Assembly: GCF_006345805.1 (NCBI RefSeq)
Contig: NC_042999.1
Span: 173,848,001 to 173,912,000, forward strand
Direction: 5' to 3'
DNA: 64,000 nt
From: Octopus sinensis
Taxonomy: Eukaryota
Made by a program: the position numbers and the translations under genes. Under the pieces are notes generated by a model that was given only the letters and a program-made list of their open reading frames with translations, had not been told where the DNA came from and ran no database searches. Positions 26,976 to 38,376 of the stretch are shown piece after piece (position 1 is the first letter of the stretch; each line of letters starts with the position of its first letter).

Positions 26976-27203
26976 GGAGGCGCAATGGCCCAGTGGTTAG
27001 GGCAGCGGACTTGCGGTCGGAGGATCGCGGTTTCGATTCCCAGACCGGGCGTTGTATGTGTTTATTGAGCGAAAACACCTAAAAGCTCCACGAGGCTCCG
27101 GCAGGGGATGGTGGTGATCCCTGCTGTACTCTTTCACCACTCTAAAGGCGGTGCTCCAGCATGGCCGCAGTCAAATGACTGAAACAAGTACAAAAAAAAA
27201 AAG
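26976..27203 (+). mobile_element. tRNA-derived SINE: head A joined to a different tail
   Basis: Head nearly identical to 4531-4696, then taaaggcggtgctccagcatggccgcagtcaaatgactgaaacaagta followed by an A-rich tail. Confidence 0.85.
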
Positions 27204-27315
27204 AATATGATGTTCATTTACAAAATTAAGAAATTCTCTCTGCAGATTACCTGATGAAGAATTACTCTACATTGATATATTCTACATTCACCTTCATAAT
27301 ATTTTGCATGAATTT

Positions 27316-27694
27316 AAGGCATCGTGCTGGAGGGTCGTCAGCGCCGAGTAAAATGCTTAACGGCATTTCATCCGTCTTTACGTTCTGAGGTCAAATTCCA
27401 CCGAGATCGAATATGCCTTTCGTTCTTTCGGGATCGATAAAATACTACCAGTTGAGCTTTGGGGTCGATGTAACCGACTTACAGCCTCCGCCAAAATCGC
27501 TGTCCTTGTGCCACAATTTGAAAAGGGTGACTAGCAGGCAGAATCGTTAGCACGCCGGGCAAAATGTTTAGCGGTATTTCATCTGTCTTTATGTTCTGAG
27601 TTCAAATTCCGCATAGGTCAACTTTGCCTTTCATGCTTTCGAGGTCGATAAAATAAGTTCTAATAGAGTACTAGAGTCGATGTAATCGACTTAC
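27316..27694 (+). mobile_element. Two head-to-tail copies of SINE family B
   Basis: Units 27316-27523 and 27524-27694 each contain aaaatg(c/t)tta.cgg.atttcatc.gtcttta.gttctgag.tcaaattcc ... gtcgatgtaa.cgactt. Confidence 0.85.
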
Positions 27695-28637
27695 GATATC
27701 CATCCGAATTTGAATCCAATATTTCACGTAAATTAGTCAAAACCGTTCCCTACATGTATCTATTTAATCTTCTGTCAATGCGACATTCAACAATTCAGAA
27801 TATTACAACGTAGCCTTATTGACATTTCATTGAAAAGTTTAGATATAACCCACAAGCTCAAACTGAAGTGAAAAACAGAAAACTTACGAAATACAATCCA
27901 CCCACCTTTTCTTCAAGACTTGTTCAATATCTGAAGGGGAAAAATAATATTTCGATTTTTCCAAAAATATTACAAAATTGTCTTTAAGGGAACAAGTCTT
28001 CTATTCGTCCACTCCAAAGTTTTTCAAATCAAACACTATGATCCATTCAATAAACAATGCACGACCATTCAAATATATACGTCCAAATACATGTCTACTC
28101 AAAATGTCTGAACATCAAAATATATTTAGTATCAACACTACATGCACATCAAAATATATTTATAGTAGGGCACTATTTCAGAATTCTTTATTGCATGAGC
28201 TGCTAATTTGTCTAACACGCACGCGCGCGTACACGCATAAACACACACACACAGTTTTCTTCTACAGAATTCTACTTAAAAAACATTAGTCAACCCCAGC
28301 TATAGAAAGTTGCATTTGCTCAGAATTTGTCCAGGAATGAATACAGGACGTTGTGCTCGCCACGCATTAGTTTTTAATGATTGATTGCAGGCATGTTAGA
28401 GAATAATCTCCGAGTAATTTATTTAAATATATAGTCTCCTTGTACTTTTCCTGGTATTTATTTTATCGAACTGGAAGATTGGCTAAAATGACCTAAGGAC
28501 AATGGAATATAAACCGTAACGGAACCAAATACTTCAAGTTGTTTTTGTTTGCCATATTGATTCTGGCATCTCAATGATATACATATATTTATTTGACGAG
28601 ATTGAGTTTCAAAACAAGTTTTGCATAATTTTCTTTT

Positions 28638-28825
28638 TCTCGTTTTACTTCTTTCAGTCATTAAACTCTAGTTATGCTGGGGTACCACCTCGAAGGATTT
28701 TTAGTCGAACAAATCGACCTCAACACTATTTTTTTTTAATCTGGTACTTGTTCTATTGGTACTTTTTATCTAACCGCTAGGTTACAAGTACGTAAACACA
28801 TCAACACCGCTTGTCAAGCGCTGGA
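28638..28825 (-). mobile_element. SINE 3' half (tail ...gactgaaagaagtaaa)
   Basis: Similar to 42875-43030; the tail is shared with 27143-27192. Confidence 0.7.
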
Positions 28826-28863
28826 CAACGAGCGCGCACACACACATACACACACACAAATAT

Positions 28864-28932
<69 letters not shown>

Positions 28933-28971
28933 TATATATATATATACATATATATATACGTATGTATATAC

Positions 28972-29108
28972 AACGGACTTCCTTCAATTTCCGTCACTCA
29001 AATTCACTCATAATGTTTTGATTGACCATGTTGCTATGCAGTAGGAGTGAACTCAAAGCCATATAGTTGGGAAGCAAACTCCTTCCCACACAGCTACGCC
29101 AAACACCT
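28972..29108 (-). mobile_element. tRNA/CORE-like SINE, internally shortened
   Basis: Aligns to 43129-43293. Confidence 0.65.
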
Positions 29109-29427
29109 GTATCAGATTTCAAAAAATGACTTTGAGCAACTCGACATCTCATAATAGAATTTCAAGGTTTCACGCGGTAAATTGCAATTTGAACAGATGC
29201 GTAGTCAATTGAGGTTTTACTTACCCATTCTCGTTCACATACAACTACAGTCCACTGACATTCCTCGTCGGTTTCCATAAGTTTAAGCGAGTGAGAAAAG
29301 ATATAAACCTGAATAATTCGCTAATTTATAACATCTAACTTAAGATTTGAATTTATTATTTCAGGCTAACGAAACAATTTTACTGGATGAAAAATAAATT
29401 ACTGAGTGAATGGGAAAAGATATAAAC

Positions 29428-29496
<69 letters not shown>

Positions 29497-29497
29497 T

Positions 29498-29578
<81 letters not shown>

Positions 29579-29774
29579 AATGAAACAAAATACCAAATAG
29601 AAAAGGTAGGATGAGATAGCAGCATACAACAATTATAGATTGAACTGTATGGTTAAAACTTAAGACACTTGAAAAAATATAGTAAAAGAATAAATTTTAT
29701 TCGTACCAAAAATTATTGGTAGAAATAAAGAAGTTATATATATATATATATATATATATATACGCGCGCACGCA

Positions 29775-29807
<33 letters not shown>

Positions 29808-30199
29808 CACACCACACACACACACGCACACACACACACACACACAAAACAATGGTGAACTAAAGTTCTATTAATTCTGTCTGAAAGTTATGCCATGTTT
29901 ACAAGTGTCTTCATGCGTAATGGACTTCTGACAATCAAAGAACTGAAATAGCGGAACTGATTCTCACAGAGTGATTTCTTGACCCGCATTGACATCATCA
30001 CTTCTTTCATTTGTTTTTATGAATTTTATTTTGTCATTTTCCTTGGGTTTTTTCTTTCTCTTTTCTATGTTAAAATGGGTGGAATGTGAAAAAAAAAAAT
30101 TAAGTTTCGCTTGAATGTGTAGCCAACATCAACGACAAGAAATACATCATGAACGCTGACGAAGGTCTTGTCAATCATGATGATTATGATGAAGGTTAT

Positions 30200-30208
30200 T
30201 GTTATTAC

Positions 30209-30270
<62 letters not shown>

Positions 30271-30322
30271 TATTATTATTAATATTATTTTTTTTTATTA
30301 TTAATATTATTATTATTATTAT

Positions 30323-30360
<38 letters not shown>

Positions 30361-30420
30361 TTGTTGTTGTTGCTGTTGTTGTTGTCGTCAACATCATCAT
30401 CATCATCAACATCACGGCTA
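30200..30420. repeat. Compound microsatellite (ATT)n-(AGT)n-(GTT)n-(CAT)n
   Basis: Directly visible. Confidence 0.9.
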
Positions 30421-31506
30421 CTATGATGATGTTCTTGTGATCATGATAAAGAGAAAATGAGTGTGAAAAATAATGATAGTAATGATGACAATAATAAAGA
30501 TATCGGTGATCACATTGATTGCCATCACAATCATTGCTACCATCATGAAGTTTTCATCATCATCATCATCATCATCATTATCATCATTATCATCATCGTC
30601 CTCATAGACATCGTCTTCACGGGTTACGGAACAAGTTAACTTGTGAAAATTCTGGCCCACATTGCATTGTACTATAACATACCACTTTATTTATTCAGTT
30701 AATGCCCTTCGGAAATGCATGAAGGTCAGAATATCCCCCCCTTACTATTCTTTAAAATATGCACAACACTTTTGTTATAAATCACCGGAATTCCTTTTTA
30801 TATGGATTAGGATGTTGATGAAATGCAGAGCTGATAAAGCATAAGAAAACATTTTAGCGATGTTTAGATATGTCGTTTTATGACTTCAAACTCCGTTGGG
30901 GTTAACTTTGCTCTTCAACATTCTGGGTTTGACATAACATATTTCTTTCCTGACCATCCTCTCTCTTTACGCTCTCTTCCCCCCTCTTCCACCTCCTCTT
31001 CAATATTCAATTCATGATAGTATGTAATTTGCATTTTTTATTTCCCTGAGACCAATATAACAAAGACATAGAAAGTAAAGGTATATATTATTCAGCACAC
31101 CACATAGCTTGCTAATCATTTTTCTGTTTTGTATATAAACAAGCTTAGTATTGCTGTGAACCGCCTTAGAATAATTAGTTCCTGATGCTGTATTTTCATT
31201 ACTTTGGCTTTTAACCAAAACCAATATTCTCAACATGGCTAATAATGGTTATGTACATAAAACATACATGAATATTATAATACAAGTGAAATTATCAAGT
31301 AGGTAGGGAAATGGATAACGAACTCATAGATCTGGAGTTCAAATTGACTGCATGAATTTTATTAATGTTTAAGTAGTTAAAGGAGATGTACTTATGACAT
31401 CCGTTGACCCTAATATACAGCTGGTATGTCAAAACATGTAACATTCCTTTCGAAGTCACCGGCTTCATGAAACACGGATACACAGAATTATTGTGGTGCA
31501 CGTTTA

Positions 31507-31728
31507 AGGAAGAAAGGAAGGAAGGAAGGAAGGAAGGAAGGAAGGAAAGAAGGAAAGAAGGAAGGAAGGAAAGAAGAAAGGAAGGAAGGAAGGAAAGAAG
31601 GAAGGAAGGAAAGAAGGAAAGAAGGAACGAACGAAGGAAAGAAGGAACGAACGAACGAACGAACGAACGAACGAAAGAACGAACGAACGAACGAACGAAC
31701 GAACGAACGAACGAACGAACGAACGAAG
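31507..31728. repeat. (GGAA)n grading into (GAAC)n microsatellite
   Basis: Directly visible; source of the ERKE and RTNE repeat ORFs. Confidence 0.95.
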
Positions 31729-31729
31729 G

Positions 31730-32340
31730 ACCTGTGTATAGTGATTAGTGTACGTAGCAAGAAGTAAATTCTCAATATGAATGACTAGAATGGAAAGACC
31801 GAGTGAACAAGGTTTGCTTGAATGGTGGTAAGAGGAGAGAAACTGTCTAAGAATGCTTATCTAGACGACAGGCAAAGAGGAAACAGCACGAATGTGATCT
31901 AGAAGTAAACAACCGTATGTGAACAACCTGATGTGGCCCTTATCCTGAATACAGTGGCACCACCATTGATGTAGAAGTAGGACTTTACTGTCGACTTTAG
32001 GAAATTATTTAAAAGTGAGTACCCACAAGTGGGGCACTCTCATTCTAGGGTTACATCTCTAATAGATTCTAGTGTTCTTTACAGAAGAAAAGAGTTTCAA
32101 GGTAGGAAGAAAGTTGTTCTTAATGACTTTTCTATAACGCTCTAATATATAGGAAGTGAGTGCAATAGGTTGATAATAAATAAGAGGACGTTTGTGTGTC
32201 AGTGAGCAATAGGGATCGTGGTTTGTATGTTGGAAAAGGTGGATGTGTAATCTAGGTTAGAAATGAAGTCAGTGATATTAAAGAAGAGGATGGGGAATAT
32301 CCAGCGACATCCGTATAAGCTATTGGCATGTAGGAAATTG
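31730..32340 (-). mobile_element. Decayed CR1/L2-group LINE RT remnant
   Basis: Minus-strand YQPIALTSYILER corresponds to YRPIALTSxLxK; other motifs are heavily decayed. Confidence 0.45.
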
Positions 32341-32955
32341 AAATATCACCGTAATATCACCATATCCCCCGGTCGGTAGTCTGGTCCGGTTCATTGCAAT
32401 AGAACAAATTGCGCTACAGTCACCACGGAATAGCAGTTGTTATTAAACTTCTATTACAGAGACTTCTGCACTTCAGAACAGCCTGGTCACGCGTCATCAT
32501 CTTTCATGTGCTTCCAATTCACTCGACTCTCTTTCTGTTTTTACTTATTTAGTATCCACCGTCATGCCACACTCTATCCACGACGGAAGGTTCTTCTTTC
32601 TTAGAAAACCGGTTCTCTTGAATTCCCTCTCCCAGTACTTGCTTTTTTTTTTCTTTTTACAGCCATTTCTAATTGATTTCACTATTTGGAACAACGCCTA
32701 TCAGCGTTCAAATAGTAGAGATGTAATGCGCAAAGTCATTCTCGCTAGATAAGGTCTGCATTCTGCTTGTTTTAGAAACAGCTTGTAGCGATCTCTCTAG
32801 TTGCTACATTAGGGATGGGATTCGGGGAAACGTTGTGAACATTAGCCTATATCCTACTCAAATAAGACTTCCAAATCAGTTTCCAGACATTCATATGTGT
32901 GTGCTTGTATTTATTTGAGTCTGTGCGTGTGTGAATGTGCGGGTATACGAATAAG

Positions 32956-33822
32956 TACGAGGAGATACCCAAAAGAAACCGGAATTTTGCAATGCTATTT
33001 TATTCACTTTGATTTACATGTTTACACTTTTATTGCCTTCAAAGTATTCTCCATTTGAAACAATGCATCGGTCTAGGCACGTTTTCCACTATTCGAAGCA
33101 GTGTTGGGATTCTTGCGAAATGATGTCTTTTAACGTCTCCGTCGTTTTTTCTTCACCACTTCCACATCTGCAAATTCCGTAGCATCAAATTTCGTCACTA
33201 GTGATGACCTTCGAAAAAACGTCCAGATTAACTTCCAACTGTTCTTTCATTTCTCGACACGCATTCAGTCATGACTGCTTTTGATCTTCCGTGAGCAAGC
33301 GAAGCACAAATTTTGCTGCACCTCTTTTCATTCAGAATTCCTTGGTAGGAGCTCCAGCGCACACCAACCATATCAATAAGTTCGTCAATTGTTCAGTGAC
33401 GGTTTTTCAAGATCAGTTCAAGGATTTTTCAAGTTCGCCCAGAACGAGGTTGGTCTTCATGCAACAAATGGCCATTCCTAAAGCGTGGAAAACACGCGTA
33501 AACTTTGTTTTTGCCCATGGTTATGTTCTTGTAAGCTGTTTGAAACATGACAGCTGTTTCGGTTTCGGTTTTCCATAGCAGAAAACAAAATTTCACGAAG
33601 CACGCAGTTCCTTTGTTTCAGCCATCGTAGAAATCAACGATCAGGAGAAAAGCACTGCAAAACAAAGATGCACCACGTGGCAGCACGACTCCACTGGTCG
33701 ACGCCAGTCGTCAGACTGATGCCTGAGGGTTGCATCAAGTAGATTCTAGAGACAGAAGCCCGAACTCCGACGGGTTTGTCTCCCAGAGAACGTTTTCAGT
33801 TACTTTTGTGTACCCCTTCGTA
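32956..33822 (-). mobile_element. Internally deleted mariner element with TIRs and TA flanks
   Basis: Left end TACGAGGAGATACCCAAAAGAAACCGGAA; right end (reverse complement) TACGAAGGGGTACACAAAAGTAACTGAAA. The body aligns with 13691-14622 (e.g. gactgcttttgatcttccgtgagcaagcga) but lacks about 0.4 kb of the catalytic domain. Confidence 0.85.
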
Positions 33823-34129
33823 TTAGTGTATGTGCATGTGCGTTTGTATGTATATTGGAAATAGCTATCGTTAGATGTATTGAAACCCCGATTCAATCGT
33901 GTTCTAGTTTTATGCTTTTCATATTTTCTGCGCGGAACGAGAATTCGCCGCAACATATAACTACGAACCAGCAACAACAGAACAATATTATCTGACCCAT
34001 TATTTCTCAAATAAATACACCAACACACATGATCGATAAAAAAAATCGATAACATTACCAAACAATATATACCGGAGCATACAATCATCCAAATAGTTCC
34101 AAGAGATCTCAGGAAAAGAATAACCAAAT

Positions 34130-34620
34130 TGCCGACTTTTCCACCTCAGACAACGAATATCTGTTTACTAATGTCTCAGTGACCAAAACAATAAATATTG
34201 TATTAAATAATGTATATAAACATCGAGTTATAAAACCATACACAATACCAGCTAAGATACAGCACAAAATTACAACAAAATAACTTTTGCTATTCTCAAG
34301 GGAAGTCAGGAATAAAGAAAGATGAAGAATCATTAGGCTCTCCATCCAGGGATCTGCGAGATTCTATATGGTTACAATAGAACTTAGAATAGTAAAAATA
34401 AAGCGAAGTAAACGCTCATAGTAACAGACACATAAGAAAATGTTGAGAGATTTAAGTCCAACAATTCTATACTTAACTTCAATATACAGAACAGTGTAAA
34501 ACTCCTATGAATAAAATAACTCCATTCCTAGACATAACTATTTAGATAAAAATATCTATTTCACATCCGTCTGCACTAAAGCCACAAAATTATGTTTGTG
34601 GCTACATGGAATTCTATAAG
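34130..34620 (+). mobile_element. Decayed Penelope-like reverse transcriptase
   Basis: YLFTNVSVTKTINIVLNNVY (~SLFTNVPVxETI), GSP..SARFYM (~GSPLGPxLAxFYM) and ITPFLDITI..TSVCTKAT (~PFLDV..TSVYRKPT), in the correct order. Confidence 0.6.
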
Positions 34621-35237
34621 GATATAAGATGTCAATGATAAATCCACTTGAGAAAAGTATTTAGATTGTCCTCCGCAAAAGAAGTACTGAGTACAGAAGC
34701 ATACAGGACGAAATAACATACAAAACAGCATACAGACTAGAAGACCAAGTCGTTGGAGAAATAGTTATTTATACAACGTAATAAATACTTCAGAAACACC
34801 TATAAATAAAATAAACCACAGGTAAAATACATTACATGAATCAAATGCATATTAACTATGCGATAGATAAACACATTAAAAAAGTCTCATAAAACGGATC
34901 ACAAGATGCCTTGCTCCAAACCATAATTTAACAGTAATAATACATTACAAAAACAGGAAAATTAAAGGCCATGTTATGAATAACAAACTACAAGAGAAAA
35001 GTTGCTACTGATCAATGTAATTTACAAATTTGATTGCCAAAATAAATATTGTAACAGATAAATTGTTTCCGACTTTTCCTGCAGCCTCGTATAGCAAGGA
35101 GCAATCGCAAAGCATTACATGAAACATTGCATAGTAAACAGTAATAAACAATCTGTCTGTTCTGTAGTAAATTAGTATAAGAAGCACATAACAATACTAA
35201 AATACATACACAGCACTCGTTTTACAAAGAAAAATTG

Positions 35238-35372
35238 TCTCAAATGTTGGCACAAGGCCACTAATTTCTTGGTGGACGGGGCAAGTCGATTACATCGACC
35301 CTGGTACTTGTCTGATACTTCAAGTTATGTACCACGATAGGATGAAAGACAAAAGTTAACTTTGTCGAGATT
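35238..35372 (-). mobile_element. SINE family B 3' fragment
   Basis: ttggcacaaggcc...aagtcgattacatcgaccc is the reverse complement of the family B 3' half. Confidence 0.65.
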
Positions 35373-35652
35373 TCCCAAAAGTTATATGCAGAATAAAATT
35401 ACCACAGTCATACTGAAGATTTATGATGATTTCAAATTTTCATCATGAGGGTATATATCTATCTATATATACCTATTTATCTATCTACACACACACATAT
35501 ATATGCATACATACACATATATACATTTATATATATGTCTGTATGTATATATATGCATATATATACATACGCATATATATATATACATATACATAAATAT
35601 TCATACATATAAATATATAGATATAAAGATAGATAATTAGATACAAAGATAG

Positions 35653-35714
<62 letters not shown>

Positions 35715-35715
<1 letters not shown>

Positions 35716-36007
35716 ATGGCTTAGTGGTTAGCGCATTTGGCTCACGGCCGTAAGTTCAATCCCCGGCGACACGTTGCGTCCTTGAGCAAAACACTTTATT
35801 TCACATTGCTCCAGTCCACCCAGTGGGCAAAAATGAGTAGTGCCTGTATTTCAAAGGGCCAGCCTTGTCACAATCTCTGTCACGCTGAATTTCCCTGAGA
35901 ACAACATTAAGGGTACACGTGTCTGTGAATTTCTCAGCAACTTGCACGTTAATTTCACGAGCAAGCTGTTCGTTTGATCGCATCAGCTAGAACCCTGCTG
36001 TCGTACT
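35715..36007 (+). mobile_element. tRNA-derived SINE with CORE-like motif
   Basis: A box tggcttagtggtt, B-box remnant aagttcaatccc, and gtccttgagcaaaacactttatttcacattgctccag. Confidence 0.8.
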
Positions 36008-36213
36008 CCTATATATATATATATATCTATATATATATATATATATCACCTGCGTGTTCTTGAGCAAGACATTTACTTTCACATTGCTCCAGCTCACTCA
36101 TCTTTCTATCCATTTATGTATGAATGTATGTATGTATGAATGTATATATGTATGTATATATGTATGTAATTTCCCTATGTATAACTGTCATTTTCATAGC
36201 ATTTTTTTTCAAT

Positions 36214-36284
36214 GGCCCGATAACCGAAGAGATGCCGGCGTGGGTTTCCACCCCGACATCCGAAACTCGGAGTTTTATCATGGC
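36214..36284 (+). ncRNA. Candidate type I hammerhead ribozyme with complete three-stem topology
   Basis: Stem I GATAA(36219-23)/TTATC(36275-79), plus GCC/GGC beyond a 1x2 loop. Core CCGAAGA (36224-30). Stem II 11/13 bp (36231-43 with 36248-60, loop GTTT). GAAA at 36262-65. Stem III ACTC-G-GAGT. GUU triplet ending at 36274. Confidence 0.65.
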
Positions 36285-36324
36285 TACTGAATAATTGTCA
36301 CATATTATATTTACACATATATAT

Positions 36325-36378
<54 letters not shown>

Positions 36379-36384
36379 AAGTTA

Positions 36385-36592
36385 ATCCAAACAAGAAAGC
36401 ACACAAAAACACAACAACGCGAGGACGTGGAACAAATATAGTATTATTGGACGCTCAGGAAAGAAGGAAAGAAGGAGAGCTTAACGTTTCGAGCGGAGCT
36501 CTTCGTCGGAAACATAGGAGAAGGAAAAATCCAGAGAAGGGATGACAGAGGGAAAAAAATCGCCAACGGTACACACGAGGTCACATTTTGAA
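36385..36592 (-). mobile_element. Penelope-like terminal-repeat fragment carrying a hammerhead-like motif at 36479-36513
   Basis: Minus strand GTTT-CCGACGA-A-GAGC(TCC)GCTC-GAAAC-GTT-AAGC, followed by ttcctgagcgt..aatac, the same motif order as 12651-12720. Confidence 0.6.
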
Positions 36593-37972
36593 AATCCGTG
36601 TTTGCTTTGTAAATATTCTGATATATACATATATATATATATATATATATCACCATATTTTTTCCACACCTGCCAGCATGGAAAGCACGAGGAATTACGT
36701 AACCGTGTTGTTCTCTAAGATCCACTTTAATAATTAGTGCAAAACCTATTGGTAAAACCGGCCACAATTGATATATATTATACTGTACATTTTGATTTAC
36801 ACACACACATGTATATATGTATACATACATGCATACATACATGCATAAATGCATACATAGATACATATATACATACATATGAAGGTGACATTTTTATAGT
36901 TGCACATTTATGTATGGATATTCTATAATTTCTCAGTGTTGCCCAACATGTAAATAAAACACAAACAGCTTTACCATTAGGATTGAGACTTAGAAACTTG
37001 AGATATGGAACTAAATGCTACAATGTATGCAATGTAGCACGCTTATCTCATTAATTTTCGCAATAAATATATGAAATTTCAGAAATGCCACCTAGACAGA
37101 ATAAATTTCCTGGCAGATGCCATCTTCGTACCCTTCTCCTATTCCGCTAATATCTTTCGCAATATTCTGCTTTCCTATCTGGATGCGTAGTCAAAAGGAA
37201 AGCCATAAACATTTCAGGTAATGGAAGTCTCTGTTGAATACAAGTACGCTCCAGGCAAATCAACTCCGATTTCCGCTTAGGTAGTTAATGTTGTAAAGGA
37301 ATGTGCAAACATCATGCAGTCTCATTTCCCTCGGATTCGAAGGATCTGTGCCTCTTTGTCTCTTTTGCTTTCTTACTCTCCCTTCTCTCTAGCTATCTAT
37401 TCCTATCTCTCACTTTTTATCTCTTTCGACTATTCTTTCTCTCTATCCCTATCTCCCTTTCTCTTCTCCATCACCATTTCTCTTTCTTGCCCTTTTCTCT
37501 CTTTTTACTCTGTGTCATAAATCAATAAATAATTAAAATATAAAGCAGGAGTTTTCGCAACAACATACCTTCTTCAGCAACAACTCATGCTAGCCGACTG
37601 GATACAGTGTTCTTCTCTCAAATAACAATTAAGGGACAGAGAGATCGAATACTAAAGCTATTCATCGACAAAATAACATCAAAACTACCCGTATCTACTT
37701 ACAAAGTAACTAAAGTGTTTACTTTGTAAGTATTCTGTAAGTAAATTACTTAGTTTATAAAACTGCAGAGCGATTCGACAAATGATCCTTCACTACTAGA
37801 AATAGCGAGTCGAGAAGGAACACTAAACTACTGACCATGGGGATGGTTGCAGTGATTTCGGTTGTTTGTTTGCTGTAATTGTTTATCCTCCAAGGTAGAC
37901 ATATGACCAAAATCATTTCAATCATTTTGTTTTTACTTTTGCCCCCTTTTTTGTAAACAGCGTATATTAGAC

Positions 37973-38125
37973 TGGAAGGTGTTTATAAGTCATTTAAGGA
38001 ACACACAAAATCCGTTAGATTCACTTCAACATTTAAATTTAATTTGTCAAATTAAAAAAATTTGAATGTTGAAGTGAATCTAACGGATTTTGTGTGTTTC
38101 CTAAATGGCTTATAAACACCTTCCA
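37973..38125. repeat. 153-bp near-perfect palindrome (fold-back)
   Basis: The 68-bp arms 37973-38040 and 38058-38125 are reverse complements with about 3 differences. The centre tttaatttg-t-caaattaaa is also self-complementary, with its axis at 38047. Confidence 0.95.
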
Positions 38126-38311
38126 CGCTGCAATTGTTTTCGTTCCAGCACACGATTTCAGATCAGGTCACTTGCTATGCAAGTGCATCTCCGTATATTA
38201 GACAGTATTACCGAAAGTGTCCTTCCATCTGAGCTAATTCACACGTGACCTAGTGAAGATTTCACTCTCCGTTTTATGCTTTTCTATCTCTTTTTCTTTA
38301 TTCTCAATGAA

Positions 38312-38376
38312 ATACGACCTGAAGAGGAATGGTTCTGACATCTCTAAATATGCCCGAGGTCCGAGACATGTTGTAT
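38312..38376 (+). ncRNA. Decayed hammerhead-like motif in probable PLE terminal sequence
   Basis: CTGAAGA-GGA(long loop)TCC-GAGAC-ATGT-T. A14>G change, palindromic ACATGT stem III, and only 2 bp of stem I. Confidence 0.35.
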
